Part shown: positions 36,961 to 50,102 of the stretch, in pieces
Numbering within the stretch: position 1 is the stretch's first letter
Layout: the number at the start of each line of letters is the position of its first letter
Assembly: GCF_018977255.1 (NCBI RefSeq)
Contig: NW_024704743.1
Location: forward strand, 5,768,001-5,832,000
Length of the DNA: 64,000 bases
Source of the DNA: Callorhinchus milii
Lineage: Eukaryota
Direction of reading: 5' to 3'
The notes under the pieces: generated by a model
The model's input: only the letters and a program-made list of their open reading frames with translations
Databases searched by the model: none
What the model was told of the DNA's origin: nothing
Made by a program: the position numbers and the translations under genes

Positions 36961-37145
36961 TAATTTCCTAATAAAGTAAGCAGGATGAGTTCCTCCAGTG
37001 AGAGAGTGCGTGTTCCAATCCAACAATCTATCTCTGGGATTTCCATGTGTAGGTGGGAGGCATGGATTTCTCAGCTTGGTTTGGATACTCTTAAGCACAG
37101 TGACGGGTTTCCACATGCGTCAGACATCTGGCTGACCCCAAAAGA
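36960..37145 (+). repeat. Unclassified ~200-bp dispersed repeat (best-preserved copy)
   Basis: Alignable by eye to 3355-3470, 11815-12095, 32605-32700 and 59050-59230. Ends GTCAGACATCTGGCTGAC plus an A-rich run. Confidence 0.75.
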
Positions 37146-37770
37146 TGGAAAAAAGGAGCCTAAGTTTGCCTTTGCCCTCCATGATGATCCGGGAGAAGAA
37201 GAAGGATTTGGCCAAGGTGAGAAAAAGACATGAGATTTTGGCTTAAGCTTAAGCTCGACAGTATCCAGTGCCTTGGGATGATGCCCTGACGTGAAAAGCA
37301 CTATACAAATGTAATTTGTTGTTGTTATTGTTGCAAACCAAATTGCAGCACCATAACTCTCTCAGAATAATACATGTGTATTAATACTGGCACCTTATCA
37401 CATCATTGAGACATCTCAAAGTGCCTGGCATGATATATTATAAAGTGGTGTGACTGTATTTTGTGGGTAAACCATTGCAGCCAATTTGTGCACAACAATG
37501 TCCGACAAACAACTACAAGATTTCATTTATAGAGCGCCTTTCACGTCGGGAGGACGTCCCAAGGCACTGGACAGTTGGGTCAGGAACCGAGCAGGGGGGA
37601 AATGGTCAGGGTGAGGTGATGAGTTAGTGATCAATTTTATTTTGGAGAATTGCTGGCCAGGACACCAGGAGAAACTCTCCTTTTTTCGAATAGTGCCATG
37701 ATTGCTGTGTTCACTTATCAAATCAGTTACTACCTTTGGCAATAATTCCTTTGAGATGTTTTGATGCGAT

Positions 37771-38097
37771 GTGGAGTCCTGTAGCTCAGTGGTTAGAGCA
37801 CTCGCTTTGCAAGCGAGAGACCTGAGTTCAATTCCAGGCAGAGGGCGAAACCTTGGGCAAGTTTCCTTACTCCACACAGAGCCTAATAATAATCCCTCCA
37901 AAACCAAAAACAATAACAAATTGGTCATCTTCAATCTACGACTGTTTGTGGGACATTGCTGTGCGCAATTGGCTGCCACGTTCGCCCACAAATATACAGT
38001 CAATTCACTTTACAGTGTGTTCTGTGAAGCGCTTTGGGACGTCCTCCCGACGTGAAAAGCGCTATATCAAAATGCAAGGATTATTATTATTATTATA
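37771..38097 (+). mobile_element. tRNA-Ala(TGC)-derived SINE, short form, full length
   Basis: A box TAGCTCAGTGG, anticodon arm CTCGC-TTTGCAA-GCGAG, B box GTTCAATTCC, CCTTGGGCAAGT (CORE-like) body, L2-like stem-loop and (ATT)n. Confidence 0.93.
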
Positions 38098-40479
38098 AGG
38101 CATGATAAAAACCCAAGTTCACTCCTGGTGTGTTTGAACACACGGACAGGCACACAGGACCTAGGTTTAACGTCTTATTATTATTATTATCAGAAGGATA
38201 AAATCTCCAGAAAGTGTAGCTGGTCCCCAGCACTGGATTGAAGTGAGTGTCAGCATAGATTTCAAGTCCCAACAAGGTGCACGAACTCGCAACCTTCCAG
38301 CTCAGAGGCATGAGTGCTACCAACGGAGTGAGATTGAGACACCATCCAAAATTAGCCATTTTATTTTCCCCAGTTATATTGCATCTTAGCATTAACTCAT
38401 CATGTTTTCTATGTGTGGTAGACGTGAAAATTATAATACAACATTTATTCATGCTGGATATCCTGTATGTATTTGATTTTGAATTCTGCTCCTGAAACTA
38501 CTTCCAGTAGGTCATTTTGAATGGCTGCACTGTGGTAGCCATCCACTCACTGTAAACATCACATTAAGGAATTATCACTGTGGCGATAAATCTCTAATGT
38601 GATAGTTTGTGAACGCAAAGGGTTAATCAACGAATGTGTCTGGAGTCGGTGAGTCTGATTCAGTTGATTACGATCACAAAGGCTTGAGATTTTAGCACTG
38701 GCTGTCAGGTCATAAACAGTGTTCAAACAAAGTGGTCAAAAAGGAGGGTTTCAAATACAATAGAAAGAGTGAACTTGGGTTTTTATTGTGCCTTATCATG
38801 TCAAAAGATCTCAAAGCAAGTTTAAGTAATTACTTTCAAGGGCAGTAACTGATTTTACAGGTGAATACAGGATCCATTAAATACACAGAATGTTTCCCTC
38901 GAACAACTGTTAGGTGAATTAGCTCATTTATCAGGAGGATTGATGACCAGGACACTGGGGAAACACCCTTCTGTTTCAATAGTGTCAAGAGATCATTAAC
39001 ATCCACCTGGAGACAGAACTTTGGTTCAACATCTCATCTGAAGGACACATTTCTGACGAGATAACATTCCCTCAGTACCATTCCATTCAAATAGTCTGAT
39101 GGGAATTATTTATTTTGCAGTTGACTGGCAGCTTTAATTTGGAAAGACAGCAGCTTCTGTTTCTCTGAGACTGACTTGTGACTATCTTCTATGTGTGCGT
39201 ATGGTAGGGTTGTGGTTTGTGGTGTCTCCGTGGAGCTGAACTGGATCCAAATGCCATGTCCTTGGAAACAATATGACAGAATTGAGTCAACCCTCTATGG
39301 CAGCTTGTGGTCCAGTTCCCGAGCCAGTTTGGTGTACAGTATTCCAACGCTGCTCATGATGGAAAAGTCAGCCGAGCTCACTGACAACATTTGGGAGCAG
39401 GGATTTAAGTAGGTAAAGTGATAATTTCCTTCATAATTGGGATATTGATATGTGAAAGTTGGTTGCCACATTTGTCTACAAATACACTTACATTTTACAG
39501 TGTGAAGTGTGTATATCAAATATAAGTAGTATTATTAATGGAAGTTTTCTGAAAGATACAAATTTACTTTATATCACTGAAAATAAGTAAACTTATAATA
39601 CACTGGTACAATGAGTAAAGTATTGCAGTGTTTAATGTTCACTAGCACAATTTTCCTAAAAACAATGATTTTGAGGTTCATCAAAGAATCTATCCCAAAG
39701 GGGTTTTGAATTTGTGGAGCAATGTCAACTGCTCTGAACTTAGAAATACTGTACTGAGCCATCATCCAGAGGCATCAGATTGAAGGCGCTAATTTTCAGT
39801 GTTTGAGACCAAGACACTTTGATCGGTCAAGCCAAACCAACCCAACTCAGGGCAGAATCATTCAGCCAGAACTAGAAAGAAAATTTATAGCTTCACGATC
39901 ACAAGCTGACTTTACACAAGGAGCAGAAATGATAATTTGTCAGTGTGTTTAAACACAGAGCAAATTGTAAGTTTTTAACAGTGTATCCTATTAAGCTCTC
40001 TGAGGCAAACTCCCGATGTGAGAGGCGTTATATCAAAGTTAAGAATTATTATTAAATTTATGATGAGCTTAATTTCATTTATTGTTATAAAGATAGCTGT
40101 CTTTTAGGTAATGGGGGATAAGCTATTCAAGAGGAATTCAAGAGAGAATTCAAGAGGGAATTAGGTGGCTATTTGCAAAAGCAATCAATTGAGCGCTATG
40201 AGATTTGGTTTGTGTGTGATTTTGTTTTTGTATCGAGACCAGCTAGATGGAACACAATGCTTTTTTTCCATTTCTATGTTTAAATTTCCATTCCTATATT
40301 TATATTTTTCCCATTCTCTATATCCACCAAAACAGAAAATGTGCAATTCCAAGTCACGGGGACACCACTGATGACACTTCTTACATGTGTGCTGTGCGCA
40401 GGATAGTGTGCTGAAGTAAACATCCTACGAATTGCATATGTGGAATATGTGCAAGAAGCATGGGTGATGTCTCTCAGAC

Positions 40480-41420
40480 AGCTGAGTTAAATGGTTGTGG
40501 ATTCAAGGCTCACATTGGGGCATTGAGCTCACAGTCCAGGCTGGCATTCCAATGCAGTGCTGGGGTGTGCTGCATTGTGGAATATGCCGTACTTTGGTTA
40601 AACCTGCGTGTCTGCTCAAGTGGATGTTATCACGCAAACTCCCTGCTTGTCGGTCTCCCCAACTCCTCCCTCCATAGGCTGCGGATCATCCAAACTCTGC
40701 AGCCCGTGTCCTCACCAGCACCAGGCTCCTCGACCCTATCACCCCCATCCTTGCCCAACTCCACTGGCTTCCCGTCACACACAAAGGATCAAGATCCTGG
40801 TCCTCACTTCCAAAGCCCGCCCATGGCCTTGCTCCCCCCCTACCTCTGTGACCTCCTAACCCCCTACCAACCTGCCTGCTCCCACTGCTCAGTGGGCTCA
40901 GGCCTGCTTCACGAGCCCCGCCTCGTCCCCCCACCACCCTCTGGAACTCCATCCCACAATCCCTCTGCCTCGCCCCATCCCTCGCCTCCTTCAAGACCCG
41001 TCTCAAGACCCTCCTCTGCGACCATGCCTTCGGTCACCCTCCTTCCCCTTCTGACTTTCACCCTCCCCGATGCCAACCCCCAGCTCGGGTCCAAAACACC
41101 GATTGTGCAGCGCCTTGGGATGTCCTCACGACATGAAAGGCACCATACACATGTAACATTTGTTGTTTGTTGTTGTTGTTGTTGTTGTTGTTATTACAGA
41201 TCCCATGGAATTGTTTGAAGAGAAAAGGGAGTTTCTCCCTTTCTTCTGGCCAACCATCCTCCAAACAGAAAAATGGTCATTCACTGGGTGCATAAGGACA
41301 TTACTGTGTGCAAATTGGTTGCAGCAAATACATAATCACTATACTTTACAGAAAAACTCTGTGAAGCCCTTTGCGATGTTTTGACATGATAAGTTGCTAC
41401 ATCAAATGCAAGGATTATAT
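40480..41420 (+). mobile_element. Deu-domain SINE interrupted by an L2 3' fragment (about 40630-41195)
   Basis: The Deu-like consensus GTGGATGTTA-AAGATCCCATGG is split by the L2. Uninterrupted copies lie at 45800-46110, 57050-57360 and 62220-62760. Confidence 0.75.
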
Positions 41421-43689
41421 TAATATGATAATACACAATCAAATAAAAGTCAAATATTAAATCAGCAATAGCCCAGTTATCTCTCTCTCTCTCTCTCTCA
41501 TGATCTTTTACGTCTCCTAGTGGCTAGACTAAGTACAGCTGTGAGATTATCACAGGACCAAAGATACAAGGGGAAAGGGGCCGGGAATTATCAAGGAGTG
41601 AAAGAAACACAAGAAAAAAACAAAATGAATGTTAAACCATGAATAGAGCAAGTCAAAAAAGCAAGTTAATGAAAGACTAATGGGGGGAGGGGAGGTAAAT
41701 TTCATAATCAGAAATGATGAGAGTTAAACCCAGATCCCTTCTGCCCTTTCAGGTTGTTGTTAAAGATCCTGTTACACTACTGGGGAAAAAAGAAGCATGT
41801 TTTTCCCTGGGTCCAGGCAATCAAACCCCCAAACAAAGTTGGTCTTTAACTTTCAAATGCAAGAGCAGTGAAAATATCGAGCCACTAATAGGATTACGCT
41901 TGAAAGAGCCAGCACACACACAATGGGCCGAAAGACCTTCTTCTATGCTATGAATTTCTATATTCAAGGTTTTTTTTTTGTGGGACATTGCTGTGAGTAA
42001 ATAGACTGCAGAGTCCACCTCTGCTTCTAGAAACACACTGACTACAATTGACAGAAAACTTTAAATTCAACATTGTAGGCGCTGTATAAAAGCGCAAGGA
42101 TTATTTATTAGTAATATAACTAAATATGTTTCCAGAAGGTGACATAAAAATGTCTTTTATCCACCAAGGAATATAAAGATTTGCAATGTATATTCAGAAC
42201 TTTTGCATACTTCCGTAATTGTGAATCAACAGGAAACACCCTGGCCACAAAGAGAAGTGCATGAAGTTAAATTATCAGTCAACCACTTGGGGTTACAAAA
42301 AAAATACAGTCTACCAAAACAGATTTGAAAATTACCTTGAAGCCCGGAAAACAAACAAGGTAAGTGCCAATACATTTTGAATAATATTTCTAGTAGCGAG
42401 AATTTTTTTTAAAAAACAAAATAATCTTGAATTTTGAAATGTAGCCGAGCACATGAAGACAGGTGCATGCCCTGCAGGTCTCAATTGAGTCCCATGCTGA
42501 CTAAAATTTATTCAGATCTCTATTTAACTCAAAGGTTAAAGGTTTAGAATAGCTGACAAATGTGGGTCAAACTCGGAGGACGTACCGTGGAACCTTTACT
42601 TTTTGCGCCAGCATTTGTTTGCACAATGTCTCAAAACTCAGTTTGCTGCCTTATATTTTCACTCAAATCACATTGGACTGCACTTGCCTATTCTATATTA
42701 ACAAATGTAGACATTACTTCCACCCTGCCAAATACGGTATTGGAGGCAGAGTCTATTGTGGGTTTCAAAAGAAATTAGACAGTTATTTGAAGGATAGAGA
42801 CTTAAAGGGTATGGGGAATAGAGTGGGACAGAGGGATTGAATGAACAGCCTGTTCTGAGAGCCAGTGCAGACACGAGGAGCCAAATGGCCTTCTTCTGCA
42901 CTTTAAATTTAAATGATTCTATGTTCGAATTTAAACAACCCCATTTAATTTAAGGCAAACATTTCTGAGCCACAAGAACAGCAACAATATTGGGCGAGCG
43001 ATAAATGCCGGTTATACAGTATATGTTTTCATGCTGTCATTAGAAATATGTTCATAACCACAATTGCCCAGAACTTAAACATTGTGGTTGTTTGGGTCCA
43101 AATTTATTTTCTACTTCTTCCTTATTACATTAATGAGGATGTCAAACATTTCTCTTATTCAAGAGTTTTATTCATACTCTCTGGAACAACTTCCTTCCAA
43201 GAGTCCCATTGCCTCACTTCTCCTACCCCAGTTTTAAAGTTAGCCTTAAAAAGTTTATGATTGTTCTTGCATCTCTCGTCGCTCCCCCACCCCTTCCCAA
43301 ACCCGATCCGCCTGAGTTCCCCCCTCCTCCCCTGTCTGTTGTGTGAATCACCTGGAGATGCCCTTCCGTTGTTTTTGTTGTATTCAAGGTTCTTTACTGT
43401 GGAGTTCCTACTATAACCATAGCCTTCAATCGGAGGAAAAGTGATAGTGCAGTGTGAATACCACAATTAACAACAAACAATCCTGTGAACGATGTTTAAA
43501 ATTATCCAAGCCTAGTTGGAGGTTACTTGCTAGTTAATCCTTAAAAGAGTTGAATTGCAAAGTTGTGGCTGTTCATTATTATGAGAACATAGAAATTATT
43601 GGTGAAGTTAAGAGTTTTATACTTTGTGAAAACCCATGGCATTTCCTTCAACCAGAACTATATTGAAAGGTGCTTTACAAATGTAATTT

Positions 43690-43728
43690 TGTATTGTATT
43701 GTATTGTATTGTATTGTATTGTATTGTA
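43690..43728. repeat. (TATTG)n pentanucleotide microsatellite
   Basis: Direct reading. Confidence 0.95.
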
Positions 43729-44164
43729 TAGAGCCAGTCTCTTTCCTTATGTCGTTGAGCACAAATGCAGCTTTTTGCTTTCCCAGATGAATTCTAGGCT
43801 CATTTCTGCCCCACCTGTGAGTGTGTATGTTGGCACACACCACGTGTAAATACTTCTGGGATGTCCGTGTGAAACATTGCCTGCATGAAATTGTGGAGTG
43901 GCCGATTTAGATCCCCTGTTGAGATGATAAACTGTAGAGAAATGAAATATAAACCATTTATTGGCATGCAGTGAGTGAATAACTGCAGTAAACAGGCCAA
44001 AGAGGAGGACAAGAATACATCATCCGACTAGAATGTACGGATCCCATTCCTGGTTCCTGTCTTCAATGGAGAGATCAAATATGTTCCGTGCCAAAAAGCA
44101 CACCGTTATACGGTATTATGAACTGATGTTAGAGATCAGCCAGGCTCATTTGGTGACTCTTGCT

Positions 44165-44950
44165 CAGAGCCAGATTAAGGGATCGTGGGGCCTTAAACCA
44201 AATCACATTTGGGGCCCTTTGACCTTCGCCAGCTAAATATACGACAATGACCTTATGATACTTTCTTGCGTGACTTCGTAGTTGCTGGCTTTTGCCTGGC
44301 TCCCTCCCTTGCCTCCTTCAATACAATATAAAATAATATTTGTATAGCGCTTTTCACATCGGGAGGATGTCCCAAGGCACTGGATGGTCAGGGATTTGGA
44401 CCCGAGCAGTTGGGATTCAAGGCACGTCTCAAGACCCTCATCTTCGACTGCGCCTTAGGTCACCTCCTACCCCTGCCCTCCATGCTCTCCACCCCTCCTG
44501 ATCCCAACCCCCATGCTCGGGTCCAAGCCCCTGATTGTCCAGGGCTTTTTGGATGTTCTCCCGACATGAAAGGCGCTCTACACATATCATTTATTGTTGT
44601 TGTTGTTGGTGCAAACATGTCAACTACATGATCATATCATGCTCAATAGACAGGATTGTGAGCGGATTCAATCTCTCCTGGGTCATTGCAGATCCGAGTG
44701 TGTTTTTGAATGAGGCTCATATTTGAGAACCAGAGTTCCAGTGTTACTGGTAGTTATAAGCACATACGAAGAGCAACTGCCACGTCAGGAAATGTTGATT
44801 CCACCCATGATTCTATTGCATCTACTTCTGCATTTTTCGCGGCATTTTCTCCGACTTATTATCTGATACAAAATATCCAAATTTGCACAAGTTCGTCCAC
44901 ACTGTCTGCATCAGTATCTTCTTTCAGCGACACTCAGATAATCTCCGTTG
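44165..44950 (-). mobile_element. hAT-superfamily DNA transposon fossil (3' end), interrupted by L2 fragments at 44286-44609
   Basis: Minus-strand translation gives FPDVAVALRMCL*LPVT...MTQERLNPLTILSIEHD...VDMFA|TTKSRKKVS*, the hAT C-terminal dimerisation region. A TIR-like CAGAGCCAGATTAAGG starts at 44165. Confidence 0.8.
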
Positions 44951-44959
44951 CTGCTAGAC

Positions 44960-45775
44960 ATGGCTCCTGGGCTCCAGCGGCCTCTGACCTCCCCTGACCT
45001 CCTTGGAGACGTGACGCAGACCTCCAGCCCCACCCCTCTCGCTGCCACTCACCGCCCAACCTCACCCAGGCTGCGCGAGGTGCCAGGCAACGCGGTGAGT
45101 GACAGCAAGAGGGGGGGGGTTGGGACTGTAGGTGCGAGTCATACCTCCAGCTCTGCCTCCCTTCCCGTATCTCTCCACACAGCCTCATTGGGGAGAGCAA
45201 TGGGAAGAGAGGCTCAGCCCAGGAGGTCCGTACCTCACAGCGAACGCAGACGAAACCCTCGTCCACACCTGCGTCGCGTCCCGGCTGGACTACTCCAATG
45301 CCCTCCTCGCTGGTCTCCCCAGCTCCACTCTACACAAAATACAACTGATCCAGAACTCCAGAACGCTGCTCGGATACTCACCCCCATCACACCAGTCCTT
45401 GCCAGGCTCCACTGGCTCCCAATTGCTGAATGGATCGATTTCAAGATCCTCTCACTTGTTTTAAAATCCCTTCATGCCCGCGCATCTCCCTACCTATCGG
45501 ATTTGCTTAGCCCCCCCCCCCCTCCCCCCCCACTCCCCCACCAGCTGCCTCCGCTCGGCCGGTTCCAGCCTCCTGGCCGTGCCTTCAGCCACTATGCCCC
45601 GAAACTCTGGAACACTCTCCTTCCCTCCACACCTTCAAATCCCGCCTAAAGACCTTCCTTTTTAATCGTGCTTACGGTCACCTCCACCCTTCCCCCTCCC
45701 CCTGGCCACTGTGAAGTGTTCCGGGACACTACCTAGTGCAGGGCGCTATATAAATGCAAGTTTTTATTGTTGTTC
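44960..45775 (+). mobile_element. L2 LINE 3' fragment (rearranged)
   Basis: VASRLDYSNALLAGLP and [23 protein letters not shown]. Confidence 0.85.
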
Positions 45776-48774
45776 TTCCATGTCGGTGACTTTGAACTCG
45801 CAGTGCAGACTAACACTCCAGTGCAATGCTGGAGAAAGATCTGCATCATCGAACATGCTATCCTTCAAATGAGACTCTTAACCGAGGTCCTGTCTGCCTG
45901 TTCAGGTGGATGTTAAAAAATCCCACTGCACTGTTCGAAAAGAGAAGGGAGATTCTTCCAGTATCCCGGCCAACAATCTTCTGGATAGAATTGATAATTA
46001 ATTTCATTTCCAATTTGTGGGACATTGCTGTGTTCAGATTGGCTGCCACGTTTGCCGACAGATATTTGGTCGATCCTCTTTCCAGTAAATTTGTAAAGTG
46101 CTTAGAAGTGTTTCACGAATATGCAATATTTATAATCGCTGTAGTTAGGTTTCAACTTCTGATTCAAAAGGTTATGAGTTACACAAGACTTGGAACACAT
46201 GCAACCCGGACTATGAGCTCAAAGTCCCAATATGGTTTGCTTTTGTGTTCAATTATTTTGATCCTTCAGAGAGTGTGCTAAGTATTTTTTTTGTTCATTT
46301 TAAGAACTATTTTCTGCACGAGTGTCGTAGGTGAGTGGTAAAAGTTTGGCTCTTCTTGAGGTAAACATTCAGAAAACATTATTGCAAATTTGAGGTTGGA
46401 GCTTCTGTCCAACCTGAGAAGAAAATTACCCCCAAGGTTAATTTAAGGAATATTTTACCCGTAAATTGTAGAAAAGGGACACTAGCCATTTAAAAAGGCT
46501 GTGAGACACCGTAGGACCCTTTGCAAAATAAGTATTTTGTCAATATTATTAAATAAGATTTTAAAAATGACCAAAGGTAAAACTCAGTTTAATGTCTGTC
46601 CACTCTTTGAGCCCACAAGAGTTTTATTTCTTCAAATACTGGTGTCAAATAGGAATTGTGTAGAACCTTTCATGCTACAGGTGTCTAAACACCAAGACAA
46701 AGTACAAATGCACAGGTTCAAAGTTTAGAACAAGATAAAAGGTGTCCCCTGCCTTTCTGGTTGTTGTGACCTTGTTGTACAGATTCAGAACATGACTGCT
46801 CTGCGCACAATAGCACCTTGGATTAAATGATTTATTGCTTCAACTCGGTCAGCTCATGTTCAATTTACTAACCATAGAAAAGAGGAACTGTTTTTCTCAG
46901 CAGGAATTGTGATAAACGTCCATTTGGTGACATTTTAAAACAGTTCATTTTAAGGCAGATCTAAGCTTTTTTGTTAACAAAATACACAGTCACGCCATTT
47001 TACAGTATATTCTGTGAAGTGCTTTGAGTTGTCTCAACGACGTGATAAGGTGCTTTATCAAATGCAAGGAATATTATTATTATCTCTTTGGCAACGCCAT
47101 TGATCACTTTTCGATTATTCCATTTCTTGCTTAGTTCCACTTCTCCCTTTGTTAAGTCCAATACTTTGAAATGCTATTTTATATAAATGGCCCTACATAA
47201 TGTGAATTGTTACTTATGGCTCTTTTTGATGCCGTTTTATACAAAAAAACTTATACTCTCATCCAAACAGAACTAAGAGAGAGTCAGATAGATAGTTGGG
47301 AGGTAAGAGTATTAATATTAATTCTTGCATTAGAAATAGCCCCTATAATGTCAAAACGTCTTAAAACACGTCACAGGTAATTGCAGTCAAAGGAAGTAAC
47401 TTTGTATTACACGGTAGTTAAACAAACATGGTAGTTAATTGCACACAAAAGGGTCCCACAAAGAGCTATGAAGTGAATAACCAATTTATTTGCAGGATTC
47501 AAGGCCTGAACACTGAGAGAAACTCTTCTACTCTAATAGTGTTATGAGATTTTTAACATCTGCCTGTTCAGCCAGACAGGACCATGTATTGTTTCATCCA
47601 AAGGCGACATCTTGGACAATGTAGTGGTTTCCTCAATAATTCATTGGAGTTTCGGCTGGAATGTGTGTTCAAAGTCCTGACATGGTGCTTGAGAGTGCTA
47701 ACAACTGAGCAAGCTGACACCTATTTAAGGGAATGGAGAGAAGATGCAGAAATAATGAGCTGAGTGGCCCCCTCCTGGGCTGAAAATATCCATGTGTCTA
47801 TGATTCTGAAAGTCATTAGAGAGATAAACAGATGCCATCAATTAATGAACTGGGTTCCCTACAGCCTATGAAATTCACGACCAAAGCACAGCGATGGATT
47901 TCTGCATTTGTCAGTCATCCAATGGACCAAAATAATGAAATGTCAGGCTTGATGGACTGAATGGCCTCTTCCTGCTCCTGCATTGCTAGAACAAAAGCTT
48001 GGTTACTAATGTGAGCAGTTGTTGGATAATAATAATAATAATAATAATAATAATCCTTTGCATGCCTTATCACATCATCAAGAACGTCTCAAAGTGCTTC
48101 ACAGAATATACTGTAAAATAAATTGACTATATATTTTGTGGGAGAAACGGGGGAGTCAATTGCGCACAGCAGTGTCCCACAAACAGTCGTGGATTGAGTG
48201 ACCAAATTATTATTATTATTATTTTTGACATTTTTAAACTATTATTACTCCCGGAAAAGCAACCACCAATCATAATAATAATAATCCTAGCATTTGTCAT
48301 AGCAGCTTATCACATTGTTGAGGGGTCTCCAATTGCTTCACATAATATACTGTAAAGTGAATTGACGGTGTATTTTGCAGAGGAAGAGCTTTGCTCAGTG
48401 AATGCGTGTGACGTAAGGAAACTTGTTTAACGTTTATTCTTGAACGTTAATCTTGTGATATACTTCCCTAATGCCTTTGATGGTAAATGCATCACGGGTG
48501 TCCGACCGCAAACCACAAAATTGCCAGATTTAATCCCTTACCAATGCTGAGTTAGTTCATCTCAGTCGGAACAATGGTGAAGTTGCTTAGACATCAGATC
48601 TAATATTACATCCAAACAGCACTCATGCAGTGTTTTGTAATGCCTCAAAACCCAGTGCCACTCTTGCACAACTAATAGGACATACTTCCCTTAAACATTA
48701 CATTTATACTACCTGACAAGATCTCATTCAGAAGACGGCACCTCTGACAATGCAGCGCACGCACAGTACCACAG

Positions 48775-49150
48775 GTGGAGTCATGTAGCATATTGGTTAG
48801 AGCACTCGCCTCGTAAGCGATAGGACGTGGGTTCGTTTCCTGGTGGGGCGAAACGTTAGGCAAGTTTCCTTACTCCACACGCCTCTGTAAACCTAACAGT
48901 AAGTAGGAACCCAGTTGTCAGTCGATTGGCGGATCACTTTTCTAGGGGGAATAATCCCTTAAATAAAACTCAATAAAAAATAATAATTTGGGTCACTGAA
49001 TCCACAGCTGTTTGTGGGACAATGCTGTGCACAATTGGCTGCCGCATTTCACCCATAAAATATACAGTCGATTGACTGTACAGTATATCCTGTGAAGCGC
49101 TTTGAGACGTCTTGAAGTCATGATATGGCACTATATCAAATGCAAGCATT
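48775..49150 (+). mobile_element. tRNA-derived SINE, long form
   Basis: Head, internal block and tail are present. Confidence 0.88.
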
Positions 49151-49782
49151 ATCATATATATTATTAGTACTGCATTGGTCTATGAGCTTCTAGTTTGATC
49201 AAGAGACGAGAGTGTTTTCAATCAAGGCAAAGAGACAGGCAAAGAGATGAGGAGCTGTCAGGCATAGTGCTGCCTGGGGTAAGAATGATCTAGTTTAATG
49301 TTACGAAAACACACTAGTTTGTTGCTCCGTATGTCTGACTCTAATTAAACGAACTCACAAGTTCCCACTTCTGATTATAGGAATGTGCATGTGTGCAGAA
49401 AAGCGAGGATGTGATCAAGCAGAGCTGTGCTACCACCCATGGTTGACTGTCCTTTACTGGTTTCCTTTGATGGATGTGGACAAGTACAGTGATGGTTATA
49501 CATTTTACGCAAGAGTAGATATATAAAAAGAATTATCTGTAAAATAAAAAATGCTTGAAAATTTCTACAGGACTTCCCTTCTAGCATGCAATCCTGAGCA
49601 GAATTGTTTAATTCCTTTTGGAGGAATGCCTTCAAAATCAATAGCAGCTGCTTGGAATTTCATGTAGTTGATCACAAACTACAGTATGCTAGTGAAGTGG
49701 TAGTGACTGCATTGTGATATTAGTCCAGTTGCCCTTCAACTGTCTCCAACTCAGAGCAGTTGATAATATACATCAACTCATT

Positions 49783-50102
49783 GTGGAGTCTTGTAGCTCA
49801 GTGGTTAGAGCACTCGCTTTGCAAGTGAGAGACCTGAGTTCAATTCCCGGCAGAGGCGAAACCTTGGGCAAGTTTCCTTACTCCACACACCTAATAATAA
49901 TCCCTCCAAAACCAAAAACAATAATAAATTGGTCATTTTCAATCTACGACTGTTTGTGGGACATTGATGGGCGCAATTGGCTGCCACGTTCGCCCACAGA
50001 TATACAGTCAATTCACTTTACAGTTTATTCTGTGAAGCGCTTTGAGACGTCTAGAAGACGTGAAAAGCACTATATCAAAATGCAAGGATTATTATTATTA
50101 TA
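49783..50102 (+). mobile_element. tRNA-derived SINE, short form, full length
   Basis: Near-identical to 37771-38097 but with a TAGAA loop. Confidence 0.92.

Noticed and set aside
37773..37845. tRNA-Ala(TGC) gene
   Set aside because: It is the head of a multi-copy SINE. It continues into the SINE body, with no proper acceptor stem or terminator.
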